Assembly: GCA_944362765.1 (NCBI GenBank)
Contig: CALVTP010000001.1
Coordinates: 5,395 to 69,394 of the forward strand
DNA from: an uncultured Clostridia bacterium
GTDB taxonomy: Bacteria > Bacillota > Clostridia > Christensenellales > DTU072
Reading direction: 5' to 3'
Length of the DNA: 64,000 nucleotides
Under the pieces are notes generated by a model. The model made no database searches. It was not told the origin of the DNA and worked only from the letters and a program-made list of their open reading frames with translations. This document shows positions 1-7,516 of this stretch, in pieces. The translations under genes and the position numbers were made by a program. The number at the start of each line of letters is the position of its first letter. Position 1 is the stretch's first letter.

Positions 1-344
1 AAGTCATGTTCAACGGAAAATTCGAGCGCGCGTTTTAACGATACTCCGCTTCCGGCAGTTATTCGGTTTCCTCGGATACCGATATCTCTGAATCCTATCG
101 AAGAAATTAATATTCCGTCGAAGCCTTTCTCGTCGATAAGAACATTTGATCCCAAGCCGATCGGCATAAACTTCGTTCCCGTTTCCATGGCTATGCCGAC
201 AAGCTTTTTCAGTGCCGCCACCGATTCCGGATAGGCGACGACGGATATCTTTCCTCCCGCGCGGTAGGTTGTCAATTCCTTTCCCGAGAGGTGTTCTTTA
301 AATGCGATTTTTGCCTCTTGAAGTTCCGTGAAGATGTCAAACAT
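1..344 (-). CDS. murB: UDP-N-acetylenolpyruvoylglucosamine reductase (MurB), N-terminal part; the rest lies outside the window
   Basis: Own translation of the minus strand from ATG at 344-342: MFDIFTELQEAKIAFKEHLSGKELTTYRAGGKISVVAYPESVAALKKLV...IGLGSNVLIDEKGFDGILI. This fits the MurB FAD-binding N-terminus pattern (TT.R.GG ... G.GSN.L..D.G). It is absent from the ORF track because the window edge truncates it. Confidence 0.7.
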   Translation of the reverse strand, partial: MFDIFTELQEAKIAFKEHLSGKELTTYRAGGKISVVAYPESVAALKKLVGIAMETGTKFMPIGLGSNVLIDEKGFDGILISSIGFRDIGIRGNRITAGSGVSLKRALEFSVEHD

Positions 345-350
345 ATTATA

Positions 351-1229
351 TCAATTTTTCCTCCTTTTTACAAGGACTTTTTTGTTCGCGTTAATAACGC
401 TCTGAACCGTTAGGATAATCGAAATTATTATCATGACGGGGTAGAAAATTTTCAGCATGTTTTCTATGCCGACAGGGGATATGAGAAGGGCGGCTGCCAG
501 CGCCGCTGTTTTTCCTTTTGAGGTGTCTGCGGAAGCCGAAATCTGCGCGGTTGCGCTCGTTAATGCCGAGACGAAGACCGATACGGTAACGGGAAGCGAC
601 AGTGGGTTTGGTTCTCCCGCACTTCCGAAGCCGGTTCCGAGCATGAATACACATACTACCGTAAAAAAGCCGACGAAAATTACAATTGCGGTGATTATCA
701 ATTTTTGGGCGCTCATGTTTTTTGTCTTTTTCGCGACGTAAAAGCCGGGAACCAACGCGCTCATCAACGAATAGCCGATAAGCGGAAGGTCTATCGGGGA
801 TGAGCCGAAAAGCGAAGCTCTACCCCTTACCGACAGCGCCGAGGTCAAGGCTGCGGCGACGGAGAAAATAAAAAGGAGACTGCTTTTCCTTTCTTTAAGC
901 GATAGCGCCAATGCCACAGCCCCGGTAACGGCTCCCTGAGGAAAGCCTGCTCCCTCCATACCCGCTTTGTCGGATACTGCAAGCGTCACCGCGAGCGACA
1001 TCAACGAAAAAAATTTTTTGAGGGTTTCGGTAAAAGGATAAGATATTCCGATTGCGGCGGAATTTCCGGAGGAGTTGGTCAATAAAAAGCCCGCCGCGAA
1101 CACAAGGGCGGACATGATTACCGCAGGAAGTGTTTTTCCGCCGAAGAACGCTTCTACTTCGACTCCGGAGACGAACCCCGCTCCGAGAAAGCTTCCTATG
1201 AATATGCCTGCCGTTTTTAATACGTCCAT
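351..1229 (-). CDS. YkvI-like polytopic membrane protein (putative transporter)
   Basis: Very hydrophobic ORF with multiple predicted TM helices. The N-terminal GAGFVSGVEVEAFF resembles the GAGFASG.E...FF motif of YkvI-family proteins. ATG at 1229 is preferred over the upstream TTG at 1244. Confidence 0.5.
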   Translation of the reverse strand: MDVLKTAGIFIGSFLGAGFVSGVEVEAFFGGKTLPAVIMSALVFAAGFLLTNSSGNSAAIGISYPFTETLKKFFSLMSLAVTLAVSDKAGMEGAGFPQGAVTGAVALALSLKERKSSLLFIFSVAAALTSALSVRGRASLFGSSPIDLPLIGYSLMSALVPGFYVAKKTKNMSAQKLIITAIVIFVGFFTVVCVFMLGTGFGSAGEPNPLSLPVTVSVFVSALTSATAQISASADTSKGKTAALAAALLISPVGIENMLKIFYPVMIIISIILTVQSVINANKKVLVKRRKN

Positions 1230-1306
1230 GCCCGTCCCCGACAAAATCTATTCGGGAACGGGCGCGTTTATTCTCCCGTAAATTAAATTCAGAAGCGTGT
1301 TTCGGA

Positions 1307-2116
1307 TTACTTGAATGTCCCGCCGTCGCTGAAATGTTTGGAAACCAGCTTTTCTAAAAGTCCCACGAGAAGGTACATGGCGGTTGCAAGCACCGATAAA
1401 ATGACGGTGGACGCCATGACGAGATCGAGTCTGAAAACCTGTCCGCCGTAAACCAGAAGGTACCCCAGACCTTCGCGCGAGACGAGATATTCGCCCATTA
1501 TTGTGCCGACCCAACTCAGCCCCACATTGATTTTCAATATGCCGAGCAGGTTCGGGATATTTTGCGGAAAGACCAGTTTTAAAAAGATCATTCCCTTTTT
1601 TGCGCCCATAGAGCGGAGAAGATCTATCTTTTCGGAGTCTACGGAGGAAAAGCCTTGCAACGCCGAAATAATAGTGATGACTAAGGAAATCATCAAAGCC
1701 ATCACGATGACGGCAGCCTTCCCCGCGCCCACCCAGATGATGATAAGGGGACCCAGAGCGATTTTCGGCAGCGAGTTTAAAACGACTATATACGGTTCCG
1801 CGACCCGCCTTAAAAAGTCGTTCCACCACAGCGCTACCGCGATGACTGTGCCGAGTACGGTAGAGAGAGTGAAGCTCAAAACGGTCTCCCACAGTGATGC
1901 AAAAGAGTGTGTGAACAGCTCTCCGGAGGAGTACAGCGAAGCGATACTTTTTGCTACTCTCGACGGACTGGAGATGATAAAAGGATCCGCCCATTCGAGA
2001 TAAGCCGCAAGCTCCCAAATCCCTAAAAGGAATATTAGGGTTCCGAATTGTGCTATTCGGATAACTATTTTGCGGGTTTTGAGTTTTTTAAGGTATAGTC
2101 TGTGTTCTTCACTCAT
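1307..2116 (-). CDS. ABC transporter permease, NitT/TauT (nitrate/sulfonate/bicarbonate-type) family
   Basis: 269 aa, multi-TM, BPD-transporter-like loop (LRSMGAKKGMIFLKLVFP). Overlaps the upstream ATPase gene by 8 nt, indicating an operon. Confidence 0.8.
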   Translation of the reverse strand: MSEEHRLYLKKLKTRKIVIRIAQFGTLIFLLGIWELAAYLEWADPFIISSPSRVAKSIASLYSSGELFTHSFASLWETVLSFTLSTVLGTVIAVALWWNDFLRRVAEPYIVVLNSLPKIALGPLIIIWVGAGKAAVIVMALMISLVITIISALQGFSSVDSEKIDLLRSMGAKKGMIFLKLVFPQNIPNLLGILKINVGLSWVGTIMGEYLVSREGLGYLLVYGGQVFRLDLVMASTVILSVLATAMYLLVGLLEKLVSKHFSDGGTFK

Positions 2117-2855
2117 CGCTGCTCTCCATATCGGAAAAGATGGTTTTGAAGTACTCCGTGAATCCTGCCAATTCCCGTCGTACGGTAGGCGGCGCGCTTT
2201 TGTCGAGCTCTATTCTGTATATGGCTTTGACGGTAGCGGGGCGCCTGGTGAGGAGGACTACGCGGTCGGCTATGGAGATTGCTTCGGAGATATCGTGCGT
2301 GACCATTACGCAGCTTTTTTTCTCCGAGGACAATATCCTGAAGACGTCGTCCGACACGTACAGCCGCGTTTGAAAGTCCAGCGCCGAAAAGGGCTCATCC
2401 AACAGCGTAAGTCGCGGACGCGAAAGAAGAGTGCGTATCAAAGCCGCCCGCTGCCGCATGCCGCCGGAGAGTGCGGAAGGGTGCTTTTTTTTAAACTCCC
2501 CGAGCCCGTATTTATCCAAAAGCTCCTCCGCGTAACGCTCAGCCTCCCGCTTGTCCTGCTTTTCGATTTCCTGTGAAATCGTTACGTTTTTCAGGATATT
2601 ACGCCACTCAAATAGCTGATCGCGCTGCGGCATATACGCAATTTTTACATTTTCCGGGAGGAGGACTTTTCCGCGTGAGGGCTTTATAAGCCCCGCCATT
2701 ATTTTCAGAAGCGTCGTCTTCCCCGAGCCCGACGGACCGACAATTGCGGTAAATCCTCCCTCCTCTATGGTAAGGTCGACCCCCTTTATCGCTTCCGTTT
2801 CGCCGTCGGCGGAGTGGTAGATATAGGAGATGTCGATTAGTTCCATCAACTTCAT
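2109..2855 (-). CDS. ABC transporter ATP-binding protein (SsuB/TauB-like)
   Basis: Walker A GPSGSGKTT, ABC signature LSGGMRQR, Walker B LLDEPFSALD. 4-nt overlap with the binding-protein gene. Confidence 0.9.
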   Translation of the reverse strand: MKLMELIDISYIYHSADGETEAIKGVDLTIEEGGFTAIVGPSGSGKTTLLKIMAGLIKPSRGKVLLPENVKIAYMPQRDQLFEWRNILKNVTISQEIEKQDKREAERYAEELLDKYGLGEFKKKHPSALSGGMRQRAALIRTLLSRPRLTLLDEPFSALDFQTRLYVSDDVFRILSSEKKSCVMVTHDISEAISIADRVVLLTRRPATVKAIYRIELDKSAPPTVRRELAGFTEYFKTIFSDMESSDE

Positions 2856-3856
2856 TTTTCTTCCAGCAGTTCGATGGCTATCGAGTTGTCGATAATGTCT
2901 TCGAAGGGTACATCGCCCTCCAAAGTGCCCGCGAAACGAAGAATTTCCAAAAACTTCAGGTAGTCCTCCTCTTCCATTACCGGAGTGGTCTTGTAAGCGT
3001 CGATGGCTTTATAGGCGTCGATGGCTTTGGCGTTTAATTCGTCCGGGGTGTCGGGGAAGGAACTTCTTATGGATTTTGCTATCGTCATAGAGTCGTTTGA
3101 GGTTACGAATTCTATACCTTTTATAATTGCCCTCATAAACTTAATAACGGTGTTTCGGTTATCCGAAATATAGCTTTTGGTAGCCATAAAACAGGTATAC
3201 GGTACTTCACCTGCGGCAGCTCCGACGGAGGAGAGAATATAACCTTTACCTGCCTCGGCATAGGTCGAAGCAACGGGTTCGAACATTGTGCACATATCTC
3301 CCGTTCCCGATTCGAACGCCGCCGTGATCAGGTCGAATTGAATGTCGTAGTTGATATGAACATCCCTTCCCTCCACCAAGCCGTTCAGGTATAGTGCGTA
3401 CTCCAACGTCATTGCGGGCATGCCGCCCGGTCTTCCGCCGATTATCTCGGCGCCCCTGATTTTATCCCAGCTGAAATTTTCGATGGGCTCTCTGCCTATC
3501 AGAAAAGAGCCGTCCTTGTTGGTAAGCTGACCGAAGACGATGGGGTGGTCGTTGCTGCCGCCCGCGAGCACATAGATGGCTGCTTCCGGACCCATCAAAC
3601 CGATGTCGGCTTGTCCGCTCATAACCGCCGTCATCGATTTATCGGCACCGCCCCCGTTTGTCAGCTCTACTTTAAGCCCTTCCTCTTCGAAATAGCCTTC
3701 GTTCATCGCGACATAAAGCGGGGCATAAAAGACCGAATGTGTTACTTCGTTTAATCGGACAGTCGTCATTTTGTCGTCGTCGGTACACGCCCCCAACCCG
3801 ACGACGCCGAATACAGTCAAGACGACAATCAACAATATAGCTGCAAATTTTTTCAT
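2852..3856 (-). CDS. ABC transporter substrate-binding lipoprotein, NMT1/THI5-like (SsuA/ThiY type)
   Basis: Signal peptide plus lipobox (VVGLGAC). Periplasmic-binding-protein-like composition. First gene of the three-gene ABC operon. Confidence 0.75.
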   Translation of the reverse strand: MKKFAAILLIVVLTVFGVVGLGACTDDDKMTTVRLNEVTHSVFYAPLYVAMNEGYFEEEGLKVELTNGGGADKSMTAVMSGQADIGLMGPEAAIYVLAGGSNDHPIVFGQLTNKDGSFLIGREPIENFSWDKIRGAEIIGGRPGGMPAMTLEYALYLNGLVEGRDVHINYDIQFDLITAAFESGTGDMCTMFEPVASTYAEAGKGYILSSVGAAAGEVPYTCFMATKSYISDNRNTVIKFMRAIIKGIEFVTSNDSMTIAKSIRSSFPDTPDELNAKAIDAYKAIDAYKTTPVMEEEDYLKFLEILRFAGTLEGDVPFEDIIDNSIAIELLEEK

Positions 3857-4174
3857 CTAATGACCTCCGAAATGAATTCACTACATACTATGACCGCCTT
3901 TCGGAAGTGAGTGACTGAAAAAAGTGCCGCTTACTCGCAAGAAGGTTTGATGTATCCGGACGAAACAAAAGAACAATGGGAAATAATGAATCAGCGTCGC
4001 AGGATCTTATTCTGAAGTGCATGACGCCATAAATTGTTCCCGGGGCGGCGGAAAGGGAAAGGCATAAAAGGAAATGCGCGGCGGTATCGCGACGCATGGC
4101 GGTATAGAAGCGGCACCCGAATCCCCGGAGAATTACCGAAATATTTTTAAAATATGATTTTCAGGTGAAGATTA

Positions 4175-4203
4175 TTGAATTTTCAAAGAGTGTGTGGTAT
4201 ATT
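4175..4203 (+). promoter_or_regulatory. sigma-70-type promoter (TTGAAT-N17-TGgTATATT) abutting the start codon at 4211
   Basis: TTGAAT at 4175-4180, 17-nt spacer, TG-extended TATATT at 4198-4203. The ORF-track TTG start at 4175 coincides with the -35 box. Confidence 0.5.
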
Positions 4204-4210
4204 TTCATGT

Positions 4211-5479
4211 ATGAACGGTACAGTGAAAAAATCCTCCGTTTATATTGCGCTTTTCGTGCTGATTACATTTTTTGCATTCGCCTCGGCTGTCGGAGCGAAC
4301 ACTTTCATATTCGAAAAAACCGTTGTTGAGGCTTCCGAAACAGAAACTTCGGTAGCCGAAAGCGCTAACTTTTCCGAAAACGCCTTCAAAAATAATCGAG
4401 CGACCGACGCACCGCGATTCGGCAATATTACTTATGACGTCGACTTTTCCGAAGGCATTATGCTGAGGCTTAATATCGAGGTGTTCAGCGATTTGACCAA
4501 GCTCACCACCGTTTCGGGGGAACACGTCGAACCGGGTAACGTAACCGAAGAAGAAAGCTTTATTTTGACGGACGGTTCGCTTAAACCGTCTACCGAGGGG
4601 GGCTCGGCGGGAGTTTACTCGCTGGAAGTTTGCTACTTTGATGCGATAACCGTCGTTGCAAGGAACACGGCAGGGGTCGAAAGTGAATATTCGATTGATT
4701 TGAAGGGGTTCGACAGGCAGGGAATAATCGAATACTATAATAAATTTGTCGCCGTCCGCTTGGAGCGCTATTCCGTCGAAAAGGGGATAGAATTAAATGC
4801 TGCTTTCGAAGCGCTGGAAATCGAATTCGAATCGGGCGGAGTTAATGAAAATCTGACCGCGGCAAAGCGCGCCGTCGACTCCGCGTTGAGCCCGAGCATT
4901 TCCGTTTCCGTAAAAAATCTTTCGTATTCCGACAATATTCCGACGGGGATTTCGATTTCGCCGCTTCCCTTTGACGGGTGCGATCTTATCGTAGGCGCGG
5001 GAGCCGCTCTCAATGTCGACGACGTGAATGCGGACGCCGAGACGGTTCTCGAGAGAAAGAGGGTCGCTCAGGGACTCAGCGGGTACAGAAACGCAGTCGT
5101 AGCGGCATTTTCGTTGAAATTGATGACGGGAGATGTCGAAAACAACCTCACGTCGACGGCGGAAATAGGCTTAAATCTTCCGATTTTTGCGGGGATTGCC
5201 AGGATTTACCGCTTTGAAGGCGGCACGATGGTACCTTTAAGAGCGGAAATCGAAGGCAACAGGATGATTTTTTACACCGACGCTTTGGGCGAATTCTACC
5301 TTGTTTCGGAGCGCGAATCTTCCTCACCCCAAGCGGATGGCGTCACGATAGGGGGGACATTCATACCCTCATCGACGTTGTGGATAGCGGGCGGCATTGT
5401 TGCGGGCGTAGCGGTTCTCGCCGGCGGAATTGCGCTGACTGTGCTTATTGTCCGCAACAAAAAAAGCCGCCGTTATTGA
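4211..5479 (+). CDS. hypothetical surface protein with N-terminal signal/anchor and C-terminal TM anchor
   Basis: N-terminus MNGTVKKSSVYIALFVLITFFAFASAVGA looks like a signal peptide. The C-terminus WIAGGIVAGVAVLAGGIALTVLIVRNKKSRRY looks like a TM helix plus positive tail. No recognisable catalytic motifs. Confidence 0.6.
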   Translation: MNGTVKKSSVYIALFVLITFFAFASAVGANTFIFEKTVVEASETETSVAESANFSENAFKNNRATDAPRFGNITYDVDFSEGIMLRLNIEVFSDLTKLTTVSGEHVEPGNVTEEESFILTDGSLKPSTEGGSAGVYSLEVCYFDAITVVARNTAGVESEYSIDLKGFDRQGIIEYYNKFVAVRLERYSVEKGIELNAAFEALEIEFESGGVNENLTAAKRAVDSALSPSISVSVKNLSYSDNIPTGISISPLPFDGCDLIVGAGAALNVDDVNADAETVLERKRVAQGLSGYRNAVVAAFSLKLMTGDVENNLTSTAEIGLNLPIFAGIARIYRFEGGTMVPLRAEIEGNRMIFYTDALGEFYLVSERESSSPQADGVTIGGTFIPSSTLWIAGGIVAGVAVLAGGIALTVLIVRNKKSRRY

Positions 5480-5546
5480 TTTTTCTCAAACTTTTCCCGT
5501 CGGTCGACAGGTTTTTTCCAAAGCCGACGCATTTTGCCGCGTTTGG

Positions 5547-5575
5547 TTGCCTTTAAGATTTTAAAGTGATATAAT
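5547..5575 (+). promoter_or_regulatory. sigma-70-type promoter (TTGCCT-N17-TGaTATAAT) abutting the start codon at 5583
   Basis: TTGCCT at 5547-5552, 17-nt spacer, extended -10 TGaTATAAT ending at 5575. The ATG follows 7 nt later with no Shine-Dalgarno. Confidence 0.55.
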
Positions 5576-5582
5576 CGCCCCG

Positions 5583-6707
5583 ATGAAAGCCGTTCTGAAA
5601 GGGGTCGGACTCTTTTTAAAGCAGGAAATCGTGTTGGCAGCGGCAGTCGTGCTTGCCGTTGTTTCGATGTGCTTTGTACCGCCCGACCCGGGATACGCCG
5701 AGTATACAGATTGGGATACGATATGCCTTTTGTTTACGTTGATGGCGGCGATGAAGGGCTTTCAAAGGGCGGGGCTGTTTTCGTTTTTGGCAGGTAAACT
5801 TTTAAAAAAAGCCAATACTTCGTTGAAAATACAGGCGGTATTGGTGTTTTTGCCGTTTGTATTAAGTATGTTTATAACCAACGACGTAGCTTTGATAACG
5901 TTCGTTCCGTTCGCATTGACGGTTTTAAAAAAAGCCGGGCTGGAAAAGTTTATCGTACCCGTCGTGGTTTTGCAGACCATAGCCGCTAACCTCGGAAGCA
6001 TGCTGACGCCGATGGGCAATCCGCAAAATCTTTACATATTCAATGTTTCCGGCATCGGCTTCGGCGAATTGATCCTGACGATGCTGCCGTACGGAGTCTT
6101 GGCGGCGGTAATGTTGACGGGATCGCTGTTTTTGACCCGGTCGGAAGCAGTGACGGAGGTCGCCGCGGTTGAAAAGCCCGGGAACGCTTTCAGATTGGGC
6201 TGGCCTGCCGTTGCGTTCGTATTGGCGGTGTTGTCGCTGTTTAATCTGATACCTTCACCGATACTTGCCGGCTGTATGTTGCTGTTTTTGCTGATAGCGG
6301 ACAGGGATTCATTAAAAAAAGTCGATTATTCGTTGCTGATAACCTTCATAGCCTTATTTATTTTCATAGGCAATGTCGGCAGAATTCCCGAATTCAGGAG
6401 CTTTTTATCGGAAATTTTAGAAGGCAAAGTCATGATAATGGGCGTCGCCCTCAGCCAGATAATCAGCAACGTACCCGCGGCACTATTGCTTTCCGGGTTC
6501 ACTTCCGAGTGGCACGAGATACTTATCGGAGTCAATTTGGGCGGGCTCGGTACCCTTATCGCCTCTATGGCAAGCCTCATCTCATACAAAGCCGTCGCCA
6601 AGGACTATCCCGCCGCTAAATTCAAATACATCTTGCGTTTTACGCTATTCAACGCCGCATTTTTGGGAGTATTGATAGGCTTGTATTATCTTCTCGCCGC
6701 ACTCTGA
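5583..6707 (+). CDS. ArsB/NhaD-superfamily permease (citrate-transporter-like anion permease)
   Basis: 374 aa, about 10 TM helices. Motifs such as NDVALITFVP and GSMLTPMGNPQNL are typical of the CitMHS/ArsB-NhaD permease fold. Confidence 0.6.
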   Translation: MKAVLKGVGLFLKQEIVLAAAVVLAVVSMCFVPPDPGYAEYTDWDTICLLFTLMAAMKGFQRAGLFSFLAGKLLKKANTSLKIQAVLVFLPFVLSMFITNDVALITFVPFALTVLKKAGLEKFIVPVVVLQTIAANLGSMLTPMGNPQNLYIFNVSGIGFGELILTMLPYGVLAAVMLTGSLFLTRSEAVTEVAAVEKPGNAFRLGWPAVAFVLAVLSLFNLIPSPILAGCMLLFLLIADRDSLKKVDYSLLITFIALFIFIGNVGRIPEFRSFLSEILEGKVMIMGVALSQIISNVPAALLLSGFTSEWHEILIGVNLGGLGTLIASMASLISYKAVAKDYPAAKFKYILRFTLFNAAFLGVLIGLYYLLAAL

Positions 6708-6871
6708 CGATGATTGATAATGATAGGCAGAAATTGTCCGTGATACGAAAAACCTGACCCGATAACAGGTAATACATAATATACAAGCTAAAAGTGCAAT
6801 AGATAAATAAAACAGTATAAGATAATATCAATATATTTAATACTATTTAAACCGCTTGTCCGAAACAAAGT

Positions 6872-7186
6872 TTATTTTTTGTTATCCAGCAAATTCAGTA
6901 GGGATTCTTGATACACTTCGTCGTGTTCGTCGAAAAGCGCCAAAAGACGTTTTTGTTTATCGTTCAATCTTATGGAAGAGTCTGAACCGGAGTAAAAATC
7001 TTCTTTTCCGATCAGATAATCAACCGAAACATCAAAGAAATCAGCCAAAGCAATCAATTGTTCCAGCGACGGTTGCGTTCTGGCGTTCTCCCAGTTATTG
7101 TACGTCCCCTGACTGACATTGAATATTTTGGCAATCTCTCTCTGAGAAAGTTTCTTTTCGCTTCTAAGTTCAAATAGCCTGATCAT
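6872..7186 (-). CDS. XRE-family helix-turn-helix transcriptional regulator
   Basis: N-terminal HTH_3 pattern: LRSEKKLSQREIAKIFNVSQGTYNNWENARTQPSLEQLIALADFFDVSVDYLIG. Sits in an AT-rich islet. Confidence 0.85.
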   Translation of the reverse strand: MIRLFELRSEKKLSQREIAKIFNVSQGTYNNWENARTQPSLEQLIALADFFDVSVDYLIGKEDFYSGSDSSIRLNDKQKRLLALFDEHDEVYQESLLNLLDNKK

Positions 7187-7232
7187 GGTGGTCTCTCTGA
7201 TAAATATAGTATCAATTTTTTTAATAAAAGTA

Positions 7233-7261
7233 TTGACATATCAGAAAAATTGTTCTAATAT
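7233..7261 (+). promoter_or_regulatory. candidate promoter P1 (TTGACA-N17-TAATAT) pointing toward the LRR gene
   Basis: Perfect -35 TTGACA at 7233-7238, 17-nt spacer, TAATAT at 7256-7261. Confidence 0.45.
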
Positions 7262-7269
7262 AACTATAA

Positions 7270-7290
7270 TTGATTAGAAAACTTAATCAA
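7270..7290. promoter_or_regulatory. operator-like inverted repeat TTGATTA-N7-TAATCAA
   Basis: Perfect 7-bp arms at 7270-7276 and 7284-7290, just downstream of P1 in the XRE/LRR intergenic region. Candidate site for the adjacent XRE regulator. Confidence 0.3.
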
Positions 7291-7353
7291 AAAAATTAGC
7301 CGTATAAACCGTACCGAAGATGTTGTGTTAAAATTAAAAAACGCGATTGCCGC

Positions 7354-7382
7354 TTGACAACCCATCGGGTTGCGATTAGAAT
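7354..7382 (+). promoter_or_regulatory. candidate promoter P2 (TTGACA-N17-TAGAAT)
   Basis: TTGACA at 7354-7359, 17-nt spacer containing a CAACCC/GGGTTG hairpin, TAGAAT at 7377-7382. About 135 nt upstream of the LRR gene. Confidence 0.45.
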
Positions 7383-7516
7383 AAAAATAATAAGAATAAC
7401 CACAGTTAATATACAACTAATCTATGATATAGCGGAGGGGGAAAAGTTCCATTATCTTTTCCTAAAACAAAAATTCGCCGATAGCGGAATATTGGTTTAA
7501 AAACATATATTAAGAG

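Noticed and set aside
3857-4174. TPP riboswitch upstream of the NMT1/THI5-like binding protein
   Set aside because: I read the minus strand. The conserved CUGAGA and ACCUGAUCUGGAUAAUGCCAGCG-type elements are absent. It is kept only as a low-interest 'unknown leader' finding.
6649-6831. 60-aa hydrophobic minus-strand ORF next to the XRE gene as a type I toxin or small membrane protein
   Set aside because: It has a TTG start without SD, and its 3' third is antisense to the end of the permease gene. The hydrophobic bias is expected from translating AT-rich DNA. No antisense RNA features are evident.
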